Below the pieces are notes generated by a model, which did not search any database, was not told the DNA's origin, and saw only the letters and a list, made by a program, of their open reading frames with translations. A stretch of 64,000 nucleotides of DNA, taken from a virus. Its lineage: Duplodnaviria; Caudoviricetes. The stretch is from the IMG/VR virus record IMGVR_UViG_3300011008_000034, positions 32,001-96,000 of that record, one strand, 5' to 3'. This document shows positions 30,722 through 40,791 of the stretch, one piece after another (the first letter of the stretch is position 1; each line of letters begins with the position of its first letter). A program made the translations under genes and the position numbers.

Positions 30722-30970
30722 AATAAAATAAACTACTTTATCATCTATTTTTATATGGTCGTTAAAAAACGTATAACTTTTTTCTTTTAAATGTATTGTT
30801 TTATGATTTTCCCTAAACTTATTGTGTAATACAATAGGGCGCTTAAATGGTCTTTTAATAATGATTTTATCGCGAATAACATCGTAAAAAATAATTTCGT
30901 CTAGCTTGACAATTTGTTTCTTATTAAATATAGCATGAAAAATTTTTTTAATGTAATTCCAAATAATCAT
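30719..30970 (-). CDS. Small hypothetical protein
   Basis: GAGGTG RBS before MIIW. Confidence 0.5.
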   Translation of the reverse strand: MIIWNYIKKIFHAIFNKKQIVKLDEIIFYDVIRDKIIIKRPFKRPIVLHNKFRENHKTIHLKEKSYTFFNDHIKIDDKVVYFI

Positions 30971-31165
30971 ATTTGCACCTCTTGCATATAGCATTTAATA
31001 AAATGTAAAAATTTAATTTTAAAATTTTCTTCCATATTAAAATTATAAATCTTTAGACAATTTTTAACATTCAGTTTTTAGAAAATTTGTTGTTAGCTAT
31101 TTACAATTGGTAATTATTGGTATATAATCAGTTTTGTAAATAGTTAGAGGAAAGGATGAAGCGCT

Positions 31166-31471
31166 ATGAATAATGTTGAGGTGTCCACTGAAAAATTGAT
31201 TGAGGAATCCATTGAGAGAGGCAGGAAATTCATTGAACGATTGAAAAAGTCTAAGCAAAACGTTGTAGATGCCTCGCAATACGTAGTTCCTAGAAATGTT
31301 ACCAAAGAAGAATTCCAAGAAGCAATTGACAGATTCAATATAGCAAATAATCAAGTAATAAATTGTAATATGGAACATTTTGATACGTCATGCATGAAAT
31401 TGACATTGGAAGAAACAGAACTGAACAAATTATTTTTAGCAGCAAAGCTTTACAAACAACAAATTGCATAA
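31166..31471 (+). CDS. Small helical protein (weak YaaL/DUF2508-like C-half)
   Basis: Promoter at 31097-31128, RBS, terminator after the stop. Confidence 0.65.
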   Translation: MNNVEVSTEKLIEESIERGRKFIERLKKSKQNVVDASQYVVPRNVTKEEFQEAIDRFNIANNQVINCNMEHFDTSCMKLTLEETELNKLFLAAKLYKQQIA

Positions 31472-31612
31472 CAAGAATGAGGAGGACAGTAGATTGTCCT
31501 CCTTTTTGAATTTGCGATAACTTTTTTCGTAAAAAACTATTTACAAATATTGTAAAATGTGATACAATAAATTCAGGTAAAAAAAATAAGGTTTATGAAA
31601 GGAAGAAAAATT

Positions 31613-32860
31613 ATGGCGAAAAAAGAAACAATGAACACTGTCAATTATTATTCAATGACTCCTGATGAAATTGTTGAAATGTTCCCTATTATGTATTCAG
31701 GTGAGGATTTTGCAGACCAGCCTACGAAAATGCTTTGGGGGCCTCCGGGTGTGGGAAAATCCCAAGCAGTAAAACAATTTGGTGAACGTCTTGAACAAAT
31801 TACAGGAAAAACTGTAGAAGTTCATGTGGTTTCATTATTGTTAATGTCTCCGATTGATTTGAGAGGTATTCCTTCTAAATCACAAAAGGAAATTTACCTT
31901 AATGATGAAAAAACTACAGTAGATGTAGCAAAATGGCTGCCACCTGATATTTTCCAAATGAATCCGAGCAAAAATCATATTAATATTTTGTTCTTGGATG
32001 AAATTTCTGCAGCACCTCCCAGTGTGCAAGCAGCAGCATATCAGATTGCATTAGATAAAAGAGTAGGAGAATTTAAACTTCCTAAAAATTGTGTAGTAAT
32101 TTGTGCGGGCAATCGTACAACTGATAAAGCAGTTGCTTATACAATGCCAAAACCTCTTGCAAATCGTATGACACATATTGAGATTGTTTCAAATATTGAT
32201 TCTTGGAGAGTTTGGGCATTCCAAAATGAAGTTGACCCACTTGTCATTTCATTTATTCTGAAAAATCCTGGTAATTTAAATACTTTTTCTACTAATAATG
32301 ATGATGTAGCATTTGCAACACCTCGTTCATGGGAAATGGTAAATTCTTATATTAAACTTGCAAAAAATCGTGGGATTATTGATGATATCTCAGATTTAAG
32401 AGGAAATGACTATTCTCAGAATAAACAATTATTTACGTTGTTTAAAATGATTGCGGGTTCAGTGGGAATGGGAATTGCAAATGAATTTAGAGCATTCTTA
32501 AGTGTACATAAATATTTGCCTGAATTTAAGGATATTGCAAATGAAAAAGTAAAAGAAGTGGATAAAAAAATCCTTGATAGAATTGATGTATTATATGCAC
32601 TTTGCTCGATGGTAACTGCAGGCGTAATTCGTTTTGCTAAAGAAATTCCTGATGAAAAATTAGTTGAAAGAACGACTCAGCTTAAAGTTGATAAATTCTT
32701 GACTATTATTGGTAAATATATTGAGACAATTCCCAATGCTGAAATGAAAGCAAAAATTGTCCAAGATATTTACGCTAGTGTAAGCAAACCTTTCGGGTCT
32801 ATCATCAATAAAAATAAAGGATTCAATTCATCCTTTGCAGCAGTGGCAAAATTCCTTTAA
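31613..32860 (+). CDS. MoxR-like AAA+ ATPase
   Basis: Walker A GPPGVGKS, DLRGIP, Walker B LFLDE, AGNR, LANR, TPRSWE; promoter at 31537-31568. Confidence 0.9.
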   Translation: MAKKETMNTVNYYSMTPDEIVEMFPIMYSGEDFADQPTKMLWGPPGVGKSQAVKQFGERLEQITGKTVEVHVVSLLLMSPIDLRGIPSKSQKEIYLNDEKTTVDVAKWLPPDIFQMNPSKNHINILFLDEISAAPPSVQAAAYQIALDKRVGEFKLPKNCVVICAGNRTTDKAVAYTMPKPLANRMTHIEIVSNIDSWRVWAFQNEVDPLVISFILKNPGNLNTFSTNNDDVAFATPRSWEMVNSYIKLAKNRGIIDDISDLRGNDYSQNKQLFTLFKMIAGSVGMGIANEFRAFLSVHKYLPEFKDIANEKVKEVDKKILDRIDVLYALCSMVTAGVIRFAKEIPDEKLVERTTQLKVDKFLTIIGKYIETIPNAEMKAKIVQDIYASVSKPFGSIINKNKGFNSSFAAVAKFL

Positions 32861-32996
32861 TAATTGATGATTAAATGGAGTGCACAACGAAAAATTGTGC
32901 ACTCTTTTTATGAAAATAGTCGTGCACTCTTTTTATGAAAAACTGTTTACAATTTTATAAGAATTTGTTATAATAGAATAAAAGGAGGTAAGATAA

Positions 32997-34292
32997 ATGG
33001 ATTATAAAGAAAAATTAGAAAAATGTCGTACATTAATTGTTATTAATTATGGTTTTTTTGCTTCATTGATGATGCAATTAAAAATCGTAAAAGATGATGA
33101 AAGAATGGAACAAATGGGCATGCCTACAATGGCAACTGATGGAAAGGAATTGATTTTTCATTCAAAGTTTGTTGAAAAAATTACATGCAGTGATTTAAAT
33201 TTTGTTATTATTCATGAAATCATGCATGTAGCAATGGGACACATGTGGCGAAGAAATAATCGTATTCCTGAAATTTGGAATATTGCATGTGATTATGCAA
33301 TTAATTTAGCCATTATGGAAATTTGTGGTGATTATCAAAAACGTTTAAAAAATCTCAGCGATGATGAATTAGTAACTATGCCTAAAGAAGTTTTATATGA
33401 TGAAAAATATAAAGGCATGTTTGCTGAACAAATTTATGAAGATTTAATGAAGAATGTAAAAGTTGTTCAAGCATATTCATCTAGTAATGGTAATGATAAT
33501 TCGCAAAATAATAAAAATGGTAAAGGTCAAGGCCAAGGAAAAGGTCAATCTCAAGAAAAAGGAATTCCTCAAGCACCACAAAATCATAAATTGTGGGATA
33601 AAGAAGATAAAAAATCTCAAGCATATAAACAAGATAAATTATCTCAATGGGATTCTAATACTCAAGAAGCAGCAAAACAAATGAAAAATTGTGGTGTAGG
33701 CAGCGATTATATTGAAAGATATATTACGAGCATTACTAAACCACAAAAAAATTGGAGAAATCTTTTACGAGAATTTATTGATGAAGAAGTAAATGATTAT
33801 AGTTTTGTCCCACCTGACAGGCGTTATGATTATGATGGAATTTTCCTTCCTGATTTTAATGATAAAGCTGAAATTGTGAAAGATGTATTATTCTTTATTG
33901 ATACATCTGGGTCAATGTCTCCTAAAGAAATATCTGTATGTTTCTCTGAAATTCAAGGAGCAATTGACCAATTCAAAAAACATTTGCATGGTACATTACT
34001 TTTCTTTGATTATGATGTAAAAGATAAGTATTATGACTTTGATGATGTTCATGGAGATATTACTAAAATTGTTCCGCTGGGTGGAGGTGGAACAAACTTT
34101 AGTGCACCATTTGAATTTGTAGAAGAAAATAAACACATTTTTGAAGATGTAAAAGGGATTATAATACTTACAGATGGTGAATGTAATTATCCAGATAAAT
34201 ATTGGGAAAAATATAAAACATTATGGATTTTTACACAAGATAATTTTGAGGAACCACCATTTGGAAGATTTACAAAGTTGGATGTAGAGTAA
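32997..34292 (+). CDS. Metallopeptidase-like (HExxH) plus vWA protein, DUF2201 type; MoxR partner
   Basis: TMATDG, HEIMH, WNIACDYAIN, MIDAS DTSGSM, GGGGTNF, LTDG. Confidence 0.88.
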   Translation: MDYKEKLEKCRTLIVINYGFFASLMMQLKIVKDDERMEQMGMPTMATDGKELIFHSKFVEKITCSDLNFVIIHEIMHVAMGHMWRRNNRIPEIWNIACDYAINLAIMEICGDYQKRLKNLSDDELVTMPKEVLYDEKYKGMFAEQIYEDLMKNVKVVQAYSSSNGNDNSQNNKNGKGQGQGKGQSQEKGIPQAPQNHKLWDKEDKKSQAYKQDKLSQWDSNTQEAAKQMKNCGVGSDYIERYITSITKPQKNWRNLLREFIDEEVNDYSFVPPDRRYDYDGIFLPDFNDKAEIVKDVLFFIDTSGSMSPKEISVCFSEIQGAIDQFKKHLHGTLLFFDYDVKDKYYDFDDVHGDITKIVPLGGGGTNFSAPFEFVEENKHIFEDVKGIIILTDGECNYPDKYWEKYKTLWIFTQDNFEEPPFGRFTKLDVE

Positions 34293-34346
34293 AAAGTAGG
34301 GGAAATTTTCCCCTACTTAAAATCCTATGAAAGGGGAACATTTATA

Positions 34347-34715
34347 ATGAAAAACGAAAATTTTGATGAACTGAAAGAAAAAATCGCCAAGGCGATGAAA
34401 GAATGCACCAATAAGCAAGGTGTGTTAAATGTCACAGAATTTAGAAACAAATATCGTAAAGAATATAGTAAAATCCCCGCTTGTTTTGGTGATATCGAAT
34501 CAGCTATGAAAAATGCAAATATCAAAAAAATGGTTAGTGGAAAAAATAATCCTTCATTAAATACTAAATTGGCATTGGATTATTTGAATCTTCTGAGCGA
34601 ACAGGGTGTAAGTTTGGCGGCTATTGCAAGAAAATATGGCGTAAGTCGTGCAAATGTTAGTCAGTTGTATAAGTATATGAAAAAGGTAGTGGGAACAACA
34701 AGCACACCGGCATAA
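34347..34715 (+). CDS. HTH DNA-binding protein
   Basis: SLAAIARKYGVSRANVSQ. Confidence 0.7.
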   Translation: MKNENFDELKEKIAKAMKECTNKQGVLNVTEFRNKYRKEYSKIPACFGDIESAMKNANIKKMVSGKNNPSLNTKLALDYLNLLSEQGVSLAAIARKYGVSRANVSQLYKYMKKVVGTTSTPA

Positions 34716-34743
34716 AAGAAAAGTGGTCTTAATGACCGCTTTT

Positions 34744-35931
34744 TTAATTCGTTAATTTAGAATAAGTTTTGTCTACATCTAATTCATTTAATTGTAAAAA
34801 TTCTTCTTTAGAAAATGTCTTATATTTATGCACAACATGTTGTTGGAATACAATTTCACCGGTATCATAATAATCTAATTTATTTTCCAATGCTAATTTC
34901 ACTTGATTTGCAATATAATATCCAAAGTTTGCGGGTACTCCTTGTGCTATTGCTTGAGTAACATGAATTTTACATTCATTATTTGGGTCAGTAAAATCGT
35001 ATGTATCTGGATAATTCATAATCCTAGCTAATTCTTTTAGATTCAATGACCGGTCTTGATGAGGATGTAAATATTCTACTACTGATGCAAATGATGGGAA
35101 ATGTTTATCATCTTCTAATTTATAAGGAGATTTATCCCAATAATTTTCTTTTGCATTAATCTTTTTTATGATTCTTTCCAAATCATGTTTATGCTTACCA
35201 ATCTTTGCATATATATCATCTGCATATTCGTTTTGAATTACATGTAATGCTAATGATGTCATTAATCCTTTTCCTGGGATTGCATATTTATATAATTCTT
35301 TGATATCATCACATGTTCTTGTTTTGAAATCATCTGTTGTATCATCATATAAGTCAGATAGGGTATTATATACGTTTGAAATTGGATAACTATCCTGAAG
35401 GACGTGAGGGAGTTTAGGGAAGTTGGATTTATTCCATCCTACGACCAAAGTCCTCATACGCTTCATGGCTACATTGTGGTTTCCTGCATAATCTCTAATA
35501 ATCGTGAAATTATAATCAGGTAATTTATTTACCATATCTTTTAAAATTGGAAAACCTAATTTAATTAATGTCGGAGCATTTTCAATGACAAAAACTTTTG
35601 GTTTTACTTTATTGAAAATATTAAATAACCGATAAAAATGTACATTATTTTTTCCGTCTACTGAAGCATTACGATTAATTTGCGATAAACTGGAACATGG
35701 ACAGTTACAACACATTAAATCTACATCTTTTAAATTGGTTAAATATTCATCATTTTCCCATTCACTTGGTAATACTACAGGAATATCTGGATAATTTTTA
35801 ATAAAATAAAACGCATTTTCTTGAGGCTGAGTATCTGAAATTTCTAATACTCTATCAAGATTAAAACCTGCTTTCATTACTCCTATTGAAAAACTACCCG
35901 CAAAAATAAAAGCATTTACTGCTTTAAACAT
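34744..35931 (-). CDS. DNA cytosine-C5 methyltransferase-like protein
   Basis: FAGSFSIG (motif I), PCSSLS (IV), IENAP (VI), R.R (VIII), R.L...ELARIM.YPD, GVP (X). Confidence 0.8.
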   Translation of the reverse strand: MFKAVNAFIFAGSFSIGVMKAGFNLDRVLEISDTQPQENAFYFIKNYPDIPVVLPSEWENDEYLTNLKDVDLMCCNCPCSSLSQINRNASVDGKNNVHFYRLFNIFNKVKPKVFVIENAPTLIKLGFPILKDMVNKLPDYNFTIIRDYAGNHNVAMKRMRTLVVGWNKSNFPKLPHVLQDSYPISNVYNTLSDLYDDTTDDFKTRTCDDIKELYKYAIPGKGLMTSLALHVIQNEYADDIYAKIGKHKHDLERIIKKINAKENYWDKSPYKLEDDKHFPSFASVVEYLHPHQDRSLNLKELARIMNYPDTYDFTDPNNECKIHVTQAIAQGVPANFGYYIANQVKLALENKLDYYDTGEIVFQQHVVHKYKTFSKEEFLQLNELDVDKTYSKLTN

Positions 35932-35979
35932 ATAATCACCTCTCAATTGATTATAGAATAAAAACAGTAAATGCTTTTC

Positions 35980-36282
35980 TCATACGTATTGTTCTTGAAT
36001 TTGAAATTTTGTAATGAACTCGGATATATGGTCTCTCATCTTATTACCAGAATGAAACTGATAATGAGTACTAAACTTTGGTCCTAATTTTTTCATTGAT
36101 GGACCAAACATAGTTTTAAAGAAATCGTAATTAAGAGAAAATACCTTTGGTGAAAAATGTATAAATACAATTTCATCAGAATCATCAAAATCATCTATAT
36201 GATAATTCCGACGGTATTTTTTTCCTAATGCACATCCAGTAAGATTTTTTTGTCCTTTAGTTGTTGTTATTTCAATTGTCAT
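35980..36282 (-). CDS. Hypothetical protein (STAS-like/DUF4325-like)
   Basis: LTG...G...R...V..L...FF..MFG pattern; promoter at 36303-36335. Confidence 0.5.
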   Translation of the reverse strand: MTIEITTTKGQKNLTGCALGKKYRRNYHIDDFDDSDEIVFIHFSPKVFSLNYDFFKTMFGPSMKKLGPKFSTHYQFHSGNKMRDHISEFITKFQIQEQYV

Positions 36283-36340
36283 AATCTTCCCCCCTTAAAA
36301 AAAATTATAACAAATTGAAACGACAATGTAAATAGTTCAT

Positions 36341-36703
36341 TTACAGTTCCTGATAAATAGTATAAAAAATATTTCTATTAATTGGTCCAAGTAATTGAGC
36401 AGCTAATGTCTGAACACGAAGATTAATGTAAATTGGCTTATTTTTATAATTGATTAATTTTTTTGGTCCTTCAAATCCAATATTTGTATCACTCACATAA
36501 TTTACTAAAGTAATTAATGCTTGTGATTGGTCTTCATTTAATTGTAATTCTTCAGTTGGCTCTGCATTTGCTTTTTGAACAAAATGAATTTGTATTGCAA
36601 TTGGTTTTGTTTTTATAATTACATCTTCATTATTAAATTGAACAATATTTCCTGAAGATATAATTTCCTTTGTTTCTGTTAATAATTGAAAATCTTTTTT
36701 CAT
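36341..36703 (-). CDS. Hypothetical beta-rich protein
   Basis: 120-aa ORF with RBS. Confidence 0.6.
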   Translation of the reverse strand: MKKDFQLLTETKEIISSGNIVQFNNEDVIIKTKPIAIQIHFVQKANAEPTEELQLNEDQSQALITLVNYVSDTNIGFEGPKKLINYKNKPIYINLRVQTLAAQLLGPINRNIFYTIYQEL

Positions 36704-36802
36704 GATAACTTTCCTTTCGGCGTGCAGTTTTTAAGACTTATAAAATAAATCTAATTTTTCTAGAAAAAAGAGACTAAGCCCTCACATTACACGAGAGATT
36801 TT

Positions 36803-37480
36803 TTAGGTTTTTTCTAACAATTGTTCTTCATCTAAATAGTAGATTTTATTGTTTTTCACATGTAAATAATTTTGTTCAATTAAATTTTCCCATGATAACG
36901 ATGACCCCACGCCTAATTCTTTCCGGTAGTCAGATAAAAAACGAATTGCTCTTACTAAAGGCATTCCATTTGAAAAAGGCATTTCAATAATATCATTTTT
37001 TATGGTTTTTATCCAAACTCGATCTTTGCACATATTATAAATTGTTTTGTTTTGATTTGTTATTGTAACTGTAATAACATTGCTTGCATCTTCATCTATT
37101 TGTTGAAATTCGACGTAATCTAAATCCGTGCCAATCTTCTTTAAATTCTGTAATTGTCTTCCTAAACTGGAAACTATAACTACTTCTTTTTTCTTTTCAG
37201 TAATTGTTTTGATAGCTATAGAAAAATCATTATCTTGTGTTAGCAAATAATAAATATTAATATCTTCTTCGTATAACGATTTTACTATATCCGTAGTCAT
37301 AAACATATCTGCAGAATTCTTTTCAGTCAAGCAATAAATGAATTTAACGTTTTTCATTTTAGAATAAATATTACTCATGCTTACTTTTTTACCATATACG
37401 CGGTATTGTTCTGTCTGGTGTTTTTCATAAAATTTTTTTACTAATTTTTTACTGACATTTTCAGCATCTATAAATACCAT
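36803..37480 (-). CDS. NYN/PIN-like domain protein
   Basis: FIDAENV, KNSADM.M..D, TQDNDFS. Confidence 0.8.
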   Translation of the reverse strand: MVFIDAENVSKKLVKKFYEKHQTEQYRVYGKKVSMSNIYSKMKNVKFIYCLTEKNSADMFMTTDIVKSLYEEDINIYYLLTQDNDFSIAIKTITEKKKEVVIVSSLGRQLQNLKKIGTDLDYVEFQQIDEDASNVITVTITNQNKTIYNMCKDRVWIKTIKNDIIEMPFSNGMPLVRAIRFLSDYRKELGVGSSLSWENLIEQNYLHVKNNKIYYLDEEQLLEKT

Positions 37481-37548
37481 GTTTTCATCTCCTTTCTTAA
37501 ATTTAAAAAGCGCCTAATTTATTTTAGGCGCTTTTTAATGATATGTTT

Positions 37549-38259
37549 CTATGCGATATTTTTATGTAATAAATCTCTTAATGCTCTTCCTGCTTCAGTA
37601 TTATCTCTCAACCGTTTGATTCTAACATAAATTTTGTTTGTACTTTCATGAAGGTCTCTACTAATATCATTAATATTATAACCTTGTGAAAGATAAATAA
37701 TAATTTTTCTATCCAATTCATCAACTTTCGGGAAAATGTATTGCTGGAGTGATGTAATGAATTCGCTGTCAACGATTTGTTCTTTTGCGTTTTCATCCGC
37801 AATAATATTTTCCAAAGTCATATCACCATCATTTGACATTGCATTCATTGAAACAACACCGTTCGGAGCTTTACGTTTCAGTGAATTATCACGACCACGA
37901 TACATCCGGACATGATTCCGAGCTGAATGCCAGAATAATGTATTAAAACAGCTGGACCCGCCTGGTTCATATTTTTTTGCACAATTAAGAAGAACAGTAG
38001 CTAATTCTTGCACGATATCCTCATCCTTGTAAGTATTTGCTACATATTCGATTTTGCTCTTATAATGATTATATAAGTAATTGAATGCCTCTTTACATCC
38101 AAACTTATAATCTTCTACTGCAACTTCCAATGTTGGTTTTTTAAATAAAGGTTCTTTTGCTGGTTCTGAACATCTTTTGTGAGGAACGTCTTGATAAACT
38201 TTTAATGTAGGATTATTTGACAAAGAAAACTTTTTGGGGTGGTCATCAAAATAAACCAT
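37549..38259 (-). CDS. Phage-encoded RNA polymerase sigma factor (SigH/ECF-like)
   Basis: AFNYLY..Y, EDIVQE, KYE.....FNT.F....RN region 2; C-terminal HTH GYNINDIS..L..S...IY.RIKR. Confidence 0.8.
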   Translation of the reverse strand: MVYFDDHPKKFSLSNNPTLKVYQDVPHKRCSEPAKEPLFKKPTLEVAVEDYKFGCKEAFNYLYNHYKSKIEYVANTYKDEDIVQELATVLLNCAKKYEPGGSSCFNTLFWHSARNHVRMYRGRDNSLKRKAPNGVVSMNAMSNDGDMTLENIIADENAKEQIVDSEFITSLQQYIFPKVDELDRKIIIYLSQGYNINDISRDLHESTNKIYVRIKRLRDNTEAGRALRDLLHKNIA

Positions 38260-38595
38260 AATATCACTCCTCTTTATACATTATAAAAAATTTGAACTGG
38301 ATTATTAGTTGTGGCTAATTGTTATTATTTCTAGTTTGGTTTTATTATTTAAAAACCAATTTAGAATTTTGTGAAGAATGTTAAGATAATTTATTTAACT
38401 TATAAGATTATTATACCATGTAAATGCAAAAAAGTACACCTTCAAATGCAAAAAAATAGACATTTTTTTAGAAATTTTTTTTCTTTGAAATGTCTATTCT
38501 TTATAACTTATTTCTCAAAAATTTTAGCAAGGTCATTTGCTGTCAAGTTGTTTTCTTTTATATCTAATTTATCCATCCAACCTGGAATTTTATCA

Positions 38596-39249
38596 TTATT
38601 TTGATTGGTTGTCGGAGTTATCAAAATCAGATTCTCCTTCTTCAGATTCGGAGGAGTCTGTTGTTGGTAATCCGTTATTTGCATCTTCAAATTCATCATT
38701 CCCTTCATTAGAATCATTTATGTCTTCAGCATTGTCTATGCCTTCAGTATTATCTATACCTTCAGTATTGTCTATGCCTTCGACATTTATGTCATCTATA
38801 CTTTCTATATTTGTATCTGTATTTTCTAATGTATCTACAGCTTCAGCATAAGGTTCATCTGGCATTTCATTTTCAGATAATTGCAAAATTTCATCAATAT
38901 TCGGTAATGGTGGAATTATATAATCATTAGGAATAGTTTCTTCTTCTTGTTGTTCTGTTTCAGGTGGAGATTCATATGCTTGGATTAAATCATCCTCTAT
39001 AAATAATTGATTAATTCGATCATAACGATAAGACCGGATTTCACCTGTAGATTTATAACACATAACTAGTAAATCTCCAGCTTTTGATGTACTCCATCCA
39101 TAAGGAAGAATATTATTCCGCATTCCACTTCCTGTATAATCTATATCAATCGTTAATCCGTTCGCCATTGAATCTGTAATTAACGATACAGCTTCATCGT
39201 TTATTGGGATTTGTGTTTTTGCTAATTTAATTTTTGCTAATCTTTTCAA
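38596..39249 (-). CDS. WYL-like domain protein with KRL start and long acidic tail
   Basis: IDY....R..ILPYG.......L..CY...EIRSYRYDRI; IDNTEG tandem repeats; TTG start after GGGTG. Confidence 0.65.
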   Translation of the reverse strand: MKRLAKIKLAKTQIPINDEAVSLITDSMANGLTIDIDYTGSGMRNNILPYGWSTSKAGDLLVMCYKSTGEIRSYRYDRINQLFIEDDLIQAYESPPETEQQEEETIPNDYIIPPLPNIDEILQLSENEMPDEPYAEAVDTLENTDTNIESIDDINVEGIDNTEGIDNTEGIDNAEDINDSNEGNDEFEDANNGLPTTDSSESEEGESDFDNSDNQSK

Positions 39250-39425
39250 TATAATCACCCTTAAAAAAGAAAGATAACAAATACGACATGTACTATGCAA
39301 TCTAAACAATAATATATAGTCTTAGGTCGAACAAGAATTTATATGTACACTCAAAACTTAATTCTCCTAAAGACGGTCAATTATGTCCATTGTTGCATTT
39401 CTATGTTATAATTGTTTCTTTCTAA

Positions 39426-40358
39426 TTATAGAATAGATTTTGTTTTGAGTATTAATTCTTCTATAAATTTATAAATATTTTTACAATAATACTTGCTTAT
39501 TCCAGCAGCATTTTTATGTCCTCCGCCACCATAACACTTCATTATTTTACAAACATCTATCTCATCACTTCTCGCCTTGATAGAGAGTTTGTTTCCATTT
39601 TTTATAATAAGATATATTACGGTTATTTCTTTGATGTTCTCAAGCAGTTCTATGAGGCGACTAGCTTCAGTGTAATTAGAATTACATCGTTCAATGTCTA
39701 TTTTATCAATTATCAAATATGCAATTCTATCTCGATAGATTAAATTTGGTAATGTTTTTCGGATTAAATTAACATAGCTAAGATTTCTTTTATCTAATTC
39801 TTGAATAATATTCATATCTGCATGATATGCTATTAATTCAGAAGCCATTTTAAAAATATCAAAATTAGGATTAAATACAGTAAAATTATTCGTATCTGTT
39901 TTTATTGATAAAAATAACATTGTAGATATATATGAAGAAAATTCAAAATTATGAATAGCTTTTAATAATTGATAAATTAAAACCCCAGTAGATTGAACAG
40001 GTTCTCTCCAGCAGATATCTCCCATTAATTTTCCATTATCTGTATGATGGTCTATACAAATTATAAAATTAGATAATGAATGACATGAAATATTTTTTAT
40101 CCGGTCAAATCCTGAACAATCTAGCACAAACAATAAGTCAAAAAATTCATTACTTTTTAAATTATGCTGAGACTGAACTAACGAAGCATAGCTTTCGTTA
40201 ATATTTTTATTTACTATAAATTTTGAATCTTTCCCCATTTGTAATAAAGCTTGATTTAATGCTAATGATGACCCAATCGCATCACCATCTGGAGAATCAT
40301 GAGATATAATACCAATCTTATGAGACTGGTTGATTTGCGTAATTATATTTTGAATCAT
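39426..40358 (-). CDS. nrnA: DHH/DHHA1 phosphoesterase (NrnA-like nanoRNase/pAp phosphatase)
   Basis: H..PDGDAIGS, LDC, IDHH, DT..F, GGGGH..AAG. Confidence 0.88.
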   Translation of the reverse strand: MIQNIITQINQSHKIGIISHDSPDGDAIGSSLALNQALLQMGKDSKFIVNKNINESYASLVQSQHNLKSNEFFDLLFVLDCSGFDRIKNISCHSLSNFIICIDHHTDNGKLMGDICWREPVQSTGVLIYQLLKAIHNFEFSSYISTMLFLSIKTDTNNFTVFNPNFDIFKMASELIAYHADMNIIQELDKRNLSYVNLIRKTLPNLIYRDRIAYLIIDKIDIERCNSNYTEASRLIELLENIKEITVIYLIIKNGNKLSIKARSDEIDVCKIMKCYGGGGHKNAAGISKYYCKNIYKFIEELILKTKSIL

Positions 40359-40449
40359 TTCGTCACAAACTTTCTAAAAAAATGTAGTAGGAGCAAAATT
40401 TTACTCCTACTATCAATATAGGTTTTGTGATGATAAGGTATTTCTTTTT

Positions 40450-40791
40450 TCAATTTTTTATCTCAAAGGGAATGGATTGTGTAGCTAAACATTTTTTCAC
40501 AAAAATACGAATAGCTGTTTGCGTATCTAATCCTAAATTGTCCATTAGGGAAGTAAATTTTAAGAATTCCTGAAGATTAGCAAAATTATTAGTAGGAATA
40601 TCATGTTCTACTAAGAAAACTTTATCCTCATAATTCATTTCATTAATGTAATTATCTCGTTCATCTTCATCTTCTACATGTTCACGAATATAATCTTCAA
40701 AATAATCAAAAGCTTCCTCTGCGTCAGCAAACATTTTTACTTTATTAGCAGTAATACTTTCATTAAGATTTACAATAGCATATACTCTCAT
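40450..40791 (-). CDS. Protein with RelB/DinJ antitoxin-like C-terminus
   Basis: LGLDTQTAIRIFVKK......IPFEI. Confidence 0.6.
   Translation of the reverse strand: MRVYAIVNLNESITANKVKMFADAEEAFDYFEDYIREHVEDEDERDNYINEMNYEDKVFLVEHDIPTNNFANLQEFLKFTSLMDNLGLDTQTAIRIFVKKCLATQSIPFEIKN

Noticed and set aside
38720-38790. 18-bp tandem repeats as a regulatory array
   Set aside because: They encode IDNTEG repeats in the acidic tail of the WYL-like protein.
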